DNA of 64,000 bases from Blepharisma stoltei ATCC 30299 (taxonomy: Eukaryota; Protista; Ciliophora): NCBI GenBank assembly GCA_965603825.1, contig CBFDEM010000021.1:558001-622000 (forward strand). The letters are read 5' to 3'. Shown piece after piece: positions 12,623-24,259 of this stretch. The position numbers were made by a program, and so were the translations under genes. The notes under the pieces were generated by a model that made no database searches, was not told the DNA's origin, and was given only the letters and a program-made list of their open reading frames with translations. Every line of letters begins with the position of its first letter. The first letter of the stretch is position 1.

Positions 12623-13070
12623 ATATTTTATTTAATTTGACCATTTTATATTTGATTCTTTCCTGGATTTCCTTCGCAAAAATACCTTCGTGGAGAAAAA
12701 TGACATTATGAGATAACTCATGGATTATTTTTTGATAATGAAGAAAACGCTGATTAATTGCAGATTTCACTTATTTGATTTATAATATAAAATAAGATTT
12801 ATATATAGCAACTTCATAGAGTGCAATATTTAAGTATTCATGATGTAAAAAAATTTAATAGAATTCGAAAAATAATAAAAAATTTATAAAATTAGGCGTT
12901 ACTGGTAGTTCTAAAACAATTGAATAATAATTTGAATTTCAATTTAATATTCTTCTAAACTAAAACCTATCAACAGGATAAATTCTTTATTTTGACTTAT
13001 ATTATCCAATTAAACAATTTACTGCACTATTATAAACTCAATTAAAAATTGTTGATAATAATTCTATTCC

Positions 13071-13907
13071 ATGAAAGCGTCTTCCTATTGGGAGCTTGCC
13101 CCTTCTTATCCCATGTCCCCGCTTATCAACCCAGCTGACCCTTTCAGGGACGAAGAATCCTTCCCAATTCCAAAAACAGAAACTCCCTATTCCTGGGCAA
13201 AGCGAGCTGAATATATAGAAAAGAATCTCGAAAAGGCTGAGTTTTACTATAAGATGGCTATCGCTAACGGAGAGCGCGTAGAAAGTGCTATAAAAGATCT
13301 CGCAGGTATTTTTCATCAGCAAGGAAAAACTAAATCCGCTTGTGATCTATTAATGGCTTACCGTCATTTGTATATGAACGATCTTGCACGATTTGATAAC
13401 TTATTATTAAGCTTGCAAAAGCAAATCAAGCCAACAGGGAATTCCTTGAATAAGTGCATCAAAATTTCTGGTCTGCCTTTGAACTCAAATCAAGAATCAG
13501 TTAAAGCACTGTTTGGAGATGGTTTCAGAATCAAGGGAATAGAGCTGACCGAGCAGCTCTGACAGGAAAAAATTGTAATGATTGCTATGATTTCGTTTTC
13601 CAGCCATTCTGCCGCCAGAAAAACTGTGGAGTCGTACAGGCATACAGAAGGATACTGCTTGGAGTGGGCAACACTTGAAGGAGAAGTTGTAGGGCCAATA
13701 AATATTAAAAAGAAAAACATGGAATTTTCTTATTTCGCTGGTGGAAAAGTAGACAACCAGCTTCAAGAAGGTGTATATGAGTACACTTATTTTCCTGAAA
13801 ATTCGTTCGCTGATAGTGAAGATTTAGTGGATGATTTACTTAGAACTTCTATACTATCATATATGGGAGAAGAATCCCAAATAGACTTATTGAAAAATCC
13901 CAAGTAA
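13071..13907 (+). CDS. TPR protein resembling plant MS5/TDM1/SDI1 N-terminus, followed by an RRM-like domain
   Basis: TPYSWAKRAEYIEKN..AIANGERVESAIKDLAGIFHQQG; CIKISGLP..IAMISFSSHSAA; TGA 13560-13562 read through. Confidence 0.75.
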
Positions 13908-14064
13908 GTGCAATGCCATTGGAATTTAATTAAGCATTATTTTCAAAATACTAGTTAGATAATATATTTCTAATAAAACCACAATAAGGTGGAAGTATTG
14001 ATTTTAATGAGTTAATACAGTTAAGCAGGGTATTTAATAAATTTTGAAATTAGAAAGCGGAAAA

Positions 14065-15681
14065 ATGGATTCATCCAAATTTGAAAATCGAAACAAAAAG
14101 TTCAAATCTAGCTTCGATATCGAAGACATTAGAAAACGCAGAGGAGAAGGTCTAATTGAGCTTCGAAAAAAAAAGCGAGATGACCATATTTCTAAAAAGA
14201 GAGCTCTTATATCAGAAAGTGGCAAATTAGCCCAAGAAGCGATAGTTCTTACAAACGAAACAGTTGTTTTTAAATATGAATGGGTTGATTCAGATCTAAT
14301 TGCAGCTGAACCAAGATTAATTTCCCCAGAAATTGCTCCAGAGTCCCGACTAGTAATTCTTTTAGAAATAATTTTGGGAATTGAGGATTGGACGATCCTT
14401 TTTAAATCAATTCAAACTTTAAGAAAAATTTTGTCAGATGAGACTCCACCTCCTTTGCTGATGATAACCAAATCAGGGGTGAGCCGCAAGCTTATAGACC
14501 TCATTTCTTATGATTTAATTGATCTTCAAATAGAGTGTGCATGGTGTCTATTGAATATTGCTTCAGGCTCTGGAGAAATCATTGAAATGATTGCTGCTGA
14601 TGGGGTTATAGAGGCTTTAATAGGATTAATGGGGAATTCTAATTACGATCTTGCAGATCTATGCATATGGACTCTTGGAAATATTGCTGGAGACTCAGTA
14701 AGGTCAAGAGATAAAATTATTGAAGCTGGGGGAATTAATAAGTTGTTGGAAATAATAAAAAATAGAGAAGGCATTGAAATCCAGCATTTATCCACACTTG
14801 TATGGACGATCAGTAATTTGTGCAGAGGTAAGCCCTCACCATCTCATGATTTAATGACAAAAGTCATAAAAATCATTCCGGATTTATTCGCAACGAATAA
14901 TGAAGATATTCTTTCAGATTCTTGCTGAATATTGTCATACATGTCTGATGGATACACAGAACACATAGAAGAATTAATTTCTTTAAATCTTCTTCCAGCA
15001 TTAGTCGAGCTTCTCTCCAATCCGATCGTAAAAATCCAAATCCCAGCATTAAGGACACTTGGAAACATTTTAACAGGAAATGACCAGCAGACTGAAAAGG
15101 TGATTCTTCTTGGACTTATTGATAAAATAGCTCCACTTTTAACATCAAAAAAAAGAAGCTTAAGGAAAGAAGCGCTGTGGGCTATCAGTAATGTAATGGC
15201 TGGAACTGATGAACAGATTAATATGGTCCTTTCTCATCCTTGCATGAAATTGGTAGTGGCTGCAGTTATGGATCCTGATATAGAAATCAAAAAAGAAGCA
15301 TTGTGGGCTATTTCTAACGCAAGCCATGCAAAAAATGTAGCATTGATTTTTAAAGTAGTTGAGCTAGGAGCAATGACGGCACTTTGCGAAATTTTAGATA
15401 TGCAGGAAGCCAAAATATTGCTTATTGCTCTGGAAGCGTTGAATAATATTTTGAGAGCTGGAAAAGACATGATAAACTTTAATAAATGTGGAGGAGTCAA
15501 CGAAATTGCATTAAAATTCGATGAAATGGACGGAGTATTAAAGCTAGAAAATTTGCAAACTCATCCGAATGTGAAGATTTATCAAAAAGTTGTCGCCATC
15601 ATGGATGAACATTATGGGCTTGAAGAAATTGATGAAAACACAAATAGTGAGCAGGCACCAATAATGTTTAGTATAGCATAA
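14065..15681 (+). CDS. KPNA: Importin subunit alpha
   Basis: IBB domain (RKRRGEGLIELRKKKRDDHISKKR), ARM repeats (WTLGNIAGD); TGA 14926-14928 at conserved W of DSC(W)ILSY. Confidence 0.95.
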
Positions 15682-15710
15682 TTATTCATCTTATTTAATT
15701 GGCATTTAAA

Positions 15711-16520
15711 ATGGGATGCTGCTCTACCAGAGATGTAAAAGAAATATAGTCTAAAGATAAATCCAAATTTGATATCGACCCAAAAGCTGAAGAAGAGTGC
15801 ATGGAAATAGAAAATACAGCAATGGGCTTGCCAAGTCTTATTAGTGAAGCTCGAGATATGGGCCTTCTTGACTTAGAAAATGAAAAAGACCCTAAGATTT
15901 GGGATCTTTGAACTTATTATTTAGAACTCAATGAAAATGCGCAGTGGGATCCTGTTTTATATGAGCCATGGCTTGATATTAAAAAGATTGATTCATCAAA
16001 ATACAATTCTGACTACCCAGTATCAAACGCAACTATCACATTTTCACATCAAATCCCTCTAAAAATACTTTTAGAGCAGCTTAACGTGCCTGAAGAAAGA
16101 ATGAAATGGGACAAACATTTCATTAGATTTGAAATAGTTGATGGAAAATTTATGAATAACTATGTAACATATCGGCAAATAGGAGCATTTGGGTATAAAG
16201 GAGATTTTCTAGATAGAAGAGTTGTCGCAATTTATAAAGACACAGTAGTTATTATATTTTATGCAGAAAATGACGAATTAAGGCCTCCCACTAAAGATTT
16301 TAATAGAGCTAAAAGCATTATTGGGATTCACGTAATTAAAGTTGGAAATGGAAAAACAGTCATTCAGCTTGTACAGCAATCTGACCTCAATAGCGCATTG
16401 GCAAGATTAGTTGCAAAATTAGGTCCAAAGAAAATGAAAGATTGATGCAAAGAGCTTGTAAAAAGAATAAACTCGGTCCATCCAAACTCAGCAATTCAAG
16501 AACAAACTTTGACAGTGTAA
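15711..16520 (+). CDS. START-domain lipid-binding protein with N-terminal MGCC acylation motif
   Basis: ATG 15711, intron 15735-15749, TGA 15909 and 16443; ERMKWDK and DFLDRR START-like motifs; TAA 16518-16520. Confidence 0.8.
15735..15749 (+). other. 15-nt spliceosomal intron GTAAAAGAAATATAG
   Basis: GT..AG, A at -6, removes TAG. Confidence 0.85.
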
Positions 16521-16554
16521 ACCTTGATAACTTAGGATTAGATTAATAATTTGT

Positions 16555-16767
16555 TTATTTTTTACCTTGCACAACCAGCACCCATTTGTATGTGCTCTTA
16601 TTTGGGTCATAATTGAGAAGTTTTTCTCGAGTCTGATATTCATGCAAGTGCATTAAGGCTCTGACATCACTAAGTCTTCATTTTTCATATCTTGACCAAA
16701 TCTTCAAATAAAATGACTTAAGTGCTTTGAATCTTGCGAGATCATTTGACCAAAATTTGTTTAACAT
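16555..16767 (-). CDS. Possible 70-aa microprotein (one TGA)
   Basis: ATG..TAA frame, visible only with UGA=Trp; no homology recognised. Confidence 0.3.
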
Positions 16768-16979
16768 GAGAATTTATTTATGAATTTTTATGGAATTACT
16801 TATATAACAAAGAATTATATTTCATAATGTGATAAGAATCCTATTTATGTTAGATAGTTCTATGGTGAATAGTTTTGAAATAATGCATATTAATAATACT
16901 TCACAAGATTGCATACCTTTTATATTTTAAAAGCATTATAAAAATGAGCTAACTAAATGAATGACTCCTAAATGTTTAT

Positions 16980-17948
16980 TTATTCTTTTTCATCTGCATC
17001 AGCACCAGCAACTGCCTCTTCAACTTCTTCATTAATAGTTGGGAAAGCATTATCGTGCAAATAGAAAGTTTCCATTGGATCATCCTTTGGCGGCTCCATA
17101 AGTTCAACTTCAGGATACTTGGCATTTGGATCAGGAACAAATGTTGGGAATGGCAATTTTCTATACTGCTTCTTCTTATCCTTAAAAGCATCGGTAATCC
17201 TCACAACTCCTCCAATATTTCCAGGTACAGAGCCTTTGATATAGATCAAATTTCTCGCTGAGTCAATTTTGTAGATTGTCAAATTCCAAATCGTCGTGTT
17301 CTTGTTACCTAGATGCCCTGGCATTTTTTTGCCCGGAAAAGTTCTAGACGGCCATTGCCTATTACCAGTTGATCCAATTTTTCTTGTTGATTTAGTATTA
17401 CCATGTGAAGTTGGCTGTCTATGGAAATGCCATCTCTTAATACCTCCTTGGAACCCTTTTCCCTTTGTAACTCCTTGAATATCGACAAGTTGCCCAGGTA
17501 AAAAATGTTTTGCCATGATTTCATAGCCAACAGGCAGAATACAATCGTCAGTCACTTTGGATTCGACAAGCTTTTTTTTAGGCCCAACGTCAGCTTTGAT
17601 ATAATGCCCAATCAAAGGCTTTGTTACTTTTTGAAGTGATCTCTCTCCGACTCCCAATTGAAGCGCATTGTATCCATCATTTCCTTTAGTTTTGATTTGA
17701 ACGACTTGGCAGTGGTCGACCAGCAGCACAGTAAGAGCATGACGAATTCCCCATTTGTCCCACTCATAAGTCATGCCTTGCTTTATAGCTAGCAGCCCTG
17801 TTCTTTTTGACAAGCTGCTGCCACCGAATTGAGCAATTTTGAACTGATCGTTAGTGACGATTGGAGGGAAATCAGGCTTTAAATCATAAAGAGACTTGGA
17901 TTCATGCTTAAAATAATACCCAAAGCAGCGTGAAATCCTGATTATCAT
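16980..17948 (-). CDS. MRPL3: Mitochondrial ribosomal protein L3 (uL3m)
   Basis: RTGLLAIKQGMT, GYNALQLG, TKGKGFQGGIKRW, GKKMPGHLG. Confidence 0.93.
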   Translation of the reverse strand: MIIRISRCFGYYFKHESKSLYDLKPDFPPIVTNDQFKIAQFGGSSLSKRTGLLAIKQGMTYEWDKWGIRHALTVLLVDHCQVVQIKTKGNDGYNALQLGVGERSLQKVTKPLIGHYIKADVGPKKKLVESKVTDDCILPVGYEIMAKHFLPGQLVDIQGVTKGKGFQGGIKRWHFHRQPTSHGNTKSTRKIGSTGNRQWPSRTFPGKKMPGHLGNKNTTIWNLTIYKIDSARNLIYIKGSVPGNIGGVVRITDAFKDKKKQYRKLPFPTFVPDPNAKYPEVELMEPPKDDPMETFYLHDNAFPTINEEVEEAVAGADADEKE

Positions 17949-17976
17949 AATTATATTAAGTAGAAATGATATTAAA

Positions 17977-18492
17977 ATGTCAAAATTACCACAAAAGACT
18001 GAATACTTAGAAGGAGTGGTGCTTCATGTGTATTCAAGAGAAATGGTGGAAAAATATAATCAATGAATGCAAAATCCTGAGCTTTTGAGGCTGACGAGTT
18101 CTGAAGCTTTATCGTTAGAAGAAGAATATGAAAATCAAAGATCATGGCTTGTGGACCCAAATAAGTATACATATGTGCTGTGCGATAAAGAGAGATTTAA
18201 TTCAGAAAGACCAGAGGAAAGCATGATTGGAGATATTAATTTGTTTATAACTGATGAAGGAGTTGCAGAAATCAACATAATGATTGCAGAAGAAACTTAT
18301 AGAAGAAGAGGGCTTGCAACTCAAGCTATAAGCTTTATGATTGAATTTGCAAGAAATTTAGGAATCAGGGATTTATATGCGAAGATCCTAGAAGATAATA
18401 TTGCATCTGCAAGAGTATTTCAAAAGCTTGGATTTGTTGAAGTAAATCGCATTCCTGATTTTGAAGAAATTCATTATTGCTTTCATCTTTAA
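17977..18492 (+). CDS. NAT9: GNAT acetyltransferase, NAT9 family
   Basis: YNQ(W)MQNPELLRLTSSEALSLEEEYENQRSW..D; MIGDINLF; EINIMIAE..RRRGLA; TGA 18064-18066. Confidence 0.9.
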
Positions 18493-18538
18493 GTAACACA
18501 TATTTTATAGCTTGTAAAATAACATATAAGAGTTTATT

Positions 18539-19543
18539 TTATACCCACATCTTATTTGAATTCAAATGGAAAGATTTCTTCTTTGGGACTGGGGCTGGCT
18601 TGTAAAAAGCTGGACCAGGAGGCTTCTTTTCAGTAGAAAACCAAGCACGTTCACTTTCACTCATGAAAACTGCTCCACTTACTGGGAGTTTCTCATCACT
18701 CTTTGCCATTGAGTAAGTTCCAGGCCCCGGCATGAAATCATTTTTCTTTCTTGGTCTCAACGGTTTCCCAAATCGATCCACCTCTCCTACTATAAACATT
18801 GGCGACGGCTTGATATTTGACATCCCTGTTTCTGCACTATACTCTCCAGGCCCTGGCATATCGTCAGTTATAATATCAGAATGAGGATCATATAAGTTTA
18901 TTTGATACCTCCTTGCCTGTACTGGCATTTTAAAAGCAGCTGTATTTTGAGCCGAGCTGCTTCTTATCATAGTACCTTCTACATTATACTGCCAAGGCGG
19001 TGGAGCATCTGAAGGGTTGGTAGGCTCCAATCTTTTTGTTTTACTTTTAAACGTCGATGTCATTCCCATTCTTTTGCCTTCAGGAGTTTTTGGATTATAC
19101 TGCCCAGGAGCTGGTGGGTCATATTTCGTTACTAAGGACTTTGATCTTCCTTCAATAAATACTGAGCTGACTGTTTTAATATCTCTTAGTTTATTTTCAT
19201 AAGACCCAGGTCCTGGAACTGCTGTGTTATATTGAAACTTTTTGAACCTTGGAGCTCTATTAATGAGTCCACCAAATCCTTTTTTACTCATAGAGGGGTT
19301 TAGTTCTTGCTCTGCAGCTACATATTGCCCAGGACCGGGGCCAAAATAAGACTTTGACATAAATCTGTCAGCTGATGCTCCAAATCCTCCTTTTTTGTTT
19401 ACTTGTGTCAAAACTTGTTCACTTTTTGCCGGAATTGATGGCTGAGTTAGCCTATTAAACGCGTCAACAATAGAACCTTTATAAACTTTCCCTGATACTT
19501 CTCTTCCAGCTTGGCGAAACGAGACAGTTGCGTCTTGGGCCAT
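18539..19543 (-). CDS. SHIPPO-1/ODF3/STPG-type PGPGxY repeat ciliary protein
   Basis: Multiple PGPG.Y repeats; start placed at MAQD (19543), upstream ATG 19582 possible. Confidence 0.85.
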   Translation of the reverse strand: MAQDATVSFRQAGREVSGKVYKGSIVDAFNRLTQPSIPAKSEQVLTQVNKKGGFGASADRFMSKSYFGPGPGQYVAAEQELNPSMSKKGFGGLINRAPRFKKFQYNTAVPGPGSYENKLRDIKTVSSVFIEGRSKSLVTKYDPPAPGQYNPKTPEGKRMGMTSTFKSKTKRLEPTNPSDAPPPWQYNVEGTMIRSSSAQNTAAFKMPVQARRYQINLYDPHSDIITDDMPGPGEYSAETGMSNIKPSPMFIVGEVDRFGKPLRPRKKNDFMPGPGTYSMAKSDEKLPVSGAVFMSESERAWFSTEKKPPGPAFYKPAPVPKKKSFHLNSNKMWV

Positions 19544-19602
19544 TTTGATATTATTAGTATAAAAGATGAATTTATGAGTCATTTTTAGAGAAATAAGCTT
19601 TC

Positions 19603-20646
19603 TTAAATAGCGGTGGCATTAATGATGCAATGTTTAGCAGATGGTGCAAGCGATGAAGACGTATTGCCTTTTCGTTTTTTAGTAGAAGGTGAAATACTAT
19701 CGAATCGGAACCCGGTTTCGTATAATAACTTTTCGATTTGTTCTTTTGTGCGGACTCTTCCGTTACCAGAAGCCATCATGTTCATATCAAGGATTACTCC
19801 CCATAGATCATGTTGGTCGTGCCTATCCATGACACAGTCAATTCACCTGAGCTGGGCTCCTGCATCCAGGACTTTTCTGCAGTTGTCGAGAATTTTTCGG
19901 CAGTCTCTGTCATTCCAGTCAATTAGTGTATTTTTGATCAAAATACAGTCATATCCTTTAGGAATGGTCTCAAAAAAGCTCCCAGCTGCCGAATCCAATC
20001 TCCCTTGTAAGCCGTTTTTTTCGATATTCTCATCAATTAATGCCTGACTCTCTGGTATGTCAAAAATGGTCCCTGAAATTGTGGGATAAGCGTGTGCCAG
20101 ATCGATCAGCAGTGTTCCGTCGCCTCCTCCTACATCCAGCACCCTCCAGAAATCATTTAGCTCCACGTCAATCCTATCTTTTCCATCGAAGTTCGTCCAC
20201 CCAGCCATTGCTTTCTGGTAAATTTCAAAAGGCTTTTGCCTTCGTTTTAGCCCTTCTACATATCTGCATCCAAACAAAAGTTCATGGGCTGACTTCTCCT
20301 GTGTTAACGATTCTGAAAAATTGCATAGGACTTCGCACTTGTAAGGCATAATACAATACTTGGCAATTGAGCTCAAAGACTCATCTAAAAGGGCAGCCGA
20401 GAGCTGGGAGTTTGACCATTGGCCGCTTTCTGAATCATAAGAAAAGAATCCAAACGCTTCAAGTGCGTGAAGAGTCCGTTCAAGTTTTTCTAGAACCGTT
20501 TGCGTCTTTACTGACAAATACTCTATCGATTTTGGCGATGTCAGAAGCTCAGGAAGCTTTAACTCCAAAGATGTGTAAAGCATTGCGGCTAGTTGTGGAC
20601 CCGCCAGTACTTGGAAGATACTTGAACGAATGGCTAGTGCGTCCAT
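19603..20646 (-). CDS. SAM-dependent O-methyltransferase (COMT/ASMT-type, Methyltransf_2)
   Basis: N-terminal dimerisation HTH, VLDVGGGDG, GSFF..IP..YD, DW.D..C..IL; TGA 19843-19845 read through. Confidence 0.88.
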
Positions 20647-21065
20647 TTTATTTAATTACGATTAAAAATCAGTAATGCAAATGAATGCATGCTGAGTCAA
20701 AGGTGAAGAAAAAGTAGCTACCAGTTTTTCTTTAAGTTTAGGGGCCGATAAGCAAATTTAAACTTCTCGGGCTTTAGTTCCTTTTTTTTTTGTGAGCTGA
20801 TCCAAATTTCATAAAATTTTATTTACCTTGAAACTTGACACCACGAGCCTCATCTCACGGTCAGAAGCAATTCTAAGCTTCCTCATCAGAGCTATCCCAT
20901 CAGACTTACAGAAATTACTTATTTTTCCTGAACTAGGCTCTTCCAGCCCTGTTGTTTATTTTTCGTCATTAATCCATAATTAAGCAATCCATAAAATCGA
21001 TATTTAAATGTTATTTTTAATATTAAACTTCCAAACTACTTTTTTCAATTTTAACTGCGTAATAA

Positions 21066-22823
21066 ATGGGTTGCTGCGGCTCAAGTATAGCAGTAACAGC
21101 GCAATACGGAAACAAACAGCTTAAGCTCAAAGAGACAAGCACAGATCTTTCAACGTTCCACACCCACATCATTAACGAGCTTCCCGAACTCACTTGCCAA
21201 GCTTTTTACCTCGAAACTAATGAGTCGAGTCCAACTAAAATCATTGATGATCAGGATTATAAAAGGGTCCTCCGAACTAAGCCAAACTCCAAACTCCGGA
21301 TCGTCAAAGCAAAGCCTTACTCATTTGCTTCAGAAATCTTGAATAAATTGTCTAAATCTGTATTCAAAATCAGGCAAAAAGAGCATGAACTGGTGGGGAC
21401 AGGATTTCTAATAAGTCCACGTTTAGCTATAACAACGACAGAGCCATTCCCTGATAGAAATTCGCTAAAGCTGTACTCGGCACTGTTTCAAGATATTGGC
21501 AATACAGAAATTGATTTTAAAACTGATGGTGCTTTTTTGACGATTCCAGAAGAGGAAGGGATAAAATTTTCGTTGATCGAGCTCAATCCTCAAGCACACC
21601 AGCTGGACTTTCTTAACAGCTTGACCCCAATTAAGCTGCAGCCTGAGTTTCATGCCAGCGAAGGGACAAAAGCTACAATTATGTATTATACAAGGAATTA
21701 TCCTGTTTTACAAGGAGATTCAGCAGAAATCAATGTGTTTGACCATAAATTCTTTTCCTACACAAAAGCACTTAAAGAAGGCTCTTCAGGGGCACCAGTG
21801 TTTAATGAAAAAGGCGAACTAATCGGGGTGTTTTCTTCATATAAGTCTGACAACTTGCCAGGCTCAGCATTGAATGTGAAATTCATCGTGGATTTTCTAG
21901 GAAGCTATTACAGCAACCCTGAAGATGAGATCATTTCACAAGCTATACAAGAAATATGAAGATACTCAGACCTCACATCTATAGTTGACCTGAACAATCC
22001 AGCCAACATTGATGGAGAAAATAACATGATGTTTTCAGACACCACGTGCTATTTGAATATTCCTAAACAAAACTTAATCATCTTTGGCCCTGAGTCATAC
22101 ACTGCAAAAATTGTGGAAGACTTACCACCATTAGGATCAGGGTCATCTGCAATTGCAACGTCAGCTGGAATTTTGATAACAGGGACAAACGGGACAGACT
22201 CTTTCAGAGAGACTTGATTATTTGATGGAATTGCGTTTAGAAAAGAAAAAGACATGATTAATGATCATATTTATCATTGCTCAGTTTTGTATAATGAAAA
22301 AGTGTACGTTATTTCAGGGAGATTGAACAATAAGGTTGAGGCTTATGACTTGAAGACTAATGATTGGATAAAAATTGGAAAACTGCCAAAGAAGAGGGAA
22401 ATGGCATCTGCAACTGTGATTTTGGACCAAATTTTTGTATTTGGAGGAATTAATGAAAAAATGAATTTTTCAAAAAAAATATTTTCCTGAAACGGAGCTG
22501 AATGAAAAATTTTAGAACAAAAAATACCAATAAGAGCTTGCGGGATTGGGGTGATCAATATATCACAAAGCCAAGTGCTACTGTTTGGAGGAAGCTGCCA
22601 AGAGAAGGGAATGGAAAAAAATGATAATAACTCAGCTTGGGAAATTGATGTTTCAAGTGGAAATATAGAAAGCTCTAGAGGAATTCCAAGGGCTCTTAAT
22701 TTTTCAAGCTACCAGGCAGCTTATACTGCTAAGGATGCAGTGATATTTTCGAACTCTGGGGAGCTTCTGAGATACGAGTATAGAAAGAAACGATTCTTTG
22801 ACGTTAGACCTGAGCCTAGTTAG
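21066..22823 (+). CDS. N-acylated PB1/ubiquitin-like + trypsin-like (pseudo)protease + Kelch-repeat protein
   Basis: MGCCGS; GTGFLISP; EGSSGAPVFNEKGELIG; Kelch VYVISG/IFVFGG/VLLFGG; TGA 21957, 22215, 22488, 22503 in one frame. Confidence 0.82.
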
Positions 22824-23107
22824 TTGTTGGGTTTTAAATTTTAATCTAGGTAGGTTAAAGTTGCAAATTTTAAGTTATAAGTAGCATTGAGCAACTTTTG
22901 ATATTATTTTCAATCATAATAGTCAATTTGGAAATTCTTATTTTACTTTAAATTATATTTTAAAGCTCTGGAGATTTTAAACGTTGGGAAAATATTATTA
23001 TTTTAGTCTTCTTTAATAGTTTGAATACTAATAAATTAGCTCAATCACAAATAAGTTTTGCTGTGACGGTAACTTTATACCATTATCATCTATTTCATAA
23101 TAAAATA

Positions 23108-24031
23108 ATGAGCTCAGATAAGTCACAAAAAATCAAAGAGCAGATTGAGTATTACGTATCTGACAATAATTTACGCCACGACAAAATTTTCCACGAGTTA
23201 ATAAGCTCTACACCTGATGGCTACATTCCATGGGAGAATATCTTCAAGTGCAAGAAAATAAAAGAGCTTGAAGTAGAAATTTCAGATATAGTAGCTGCTC
23301 TTAGATCTTCAAGCGAAGCTGAAGCTGACGAAAAGCTTGGAGTGAGGAGATCTGGAAACAGAGCTCTTCCACCTCTCCAAGCAGCCAAACAAAAAAAGGC
23401 TAAACTTCCTGAGCCAGTCACCGTGATTCTAGGCATTTCTTTACCAGAAGAAACTAAAACTACATGAAAAGACCTTAGGGATGCTTTCAGGGCAAAATTT
23501 GTTGACGTTGATGCTACCTATGTAAGGCTGAGTGGACATGAAGGACATATAGGTATTTCAGGGAAAACTCCGAGTGAAAGAGTCCACCAAATGGAAACAG
23601 AAGGATTTGACGTCAAAGGAGCCCATGCATCAGTCAAAAAACTTGAAGGAGACGATTTATTAGAGTTTTGGAAAGAAAATGGGTCGCATTTTGACCAATG
23701 CAACAACTCAAACAAGAAAAGAAAGATGGAGAAAACTAGAAAAGGGCTAAACATTGGTGGAAAGTATTTTGGATCGGTCGCCAAGCTTAAAGATTACTTA
23801 AAATCTTTGCTTAACTCCTCACCTGAAGGGAAACCAGTAGACCCTCAATACCACACTTTATTAGAAGCCCTTCTAAAGCTTCATCCAGAGTTTGAGTCCA
23901 AGTCTGTGGGACTTAAGACGTTTAGTGTCGACAAGCATCCAAGCCATCCTGAAAGCAAGTGCTTTTTCATTATAAGAGAAGATGGGTCCCAAGAAGATTT
24001 TAGCGTAACTAAATGCTTAGAGCAGCTTTAA
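23108..24031 (+). CDS. MLP1: Atypical La protein: La motif + single RRM + DUF3223/DeCL domain (Tetrahymena Mlp1-like)
   Basis: QIEYYVSDNNLRHD (LaM); LEGDDLLEFWK (RRM2-type helix); LLKLHPE..K..G..HP..SKCFFIIREDGSQEDFS..KC (DUF3223); TGA 23465-23467. Confidence 0.82.
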
Positions 24032-24259
24032 ATCATAATGCATTCTATTATTTTACTGATACATTCCATGTGCCAGATAAATTTTGCTACATGGAGATAA
24101 ATCACCAGATCTTCATGTGTCAAAATTTATTGGAGATAAATGCTATGTATTGTCATCTTTTATAAATGTATGAAAATAGAATATAACTGCATGAAAATAG
24201 GCTTCTTGAGGAAGTATTTTAATTTATGTAATATGCAAAATTTTAATTAGCGCTTTATA

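Noticed and set aside
20762-20781. U2 snRNA-like 5' sequence (cttctcgggcttt)
   Set aside because: Lacks the following AGAUCAAGUGUAGUA branch-pairing region and an Sm site
20863-20890. Hammerhead ribozyme (minus-strand CUGAUGA followed by a stem)
   Set aside because: The stem is followed by GACC rather than GAAA, and stems I/III are not evident
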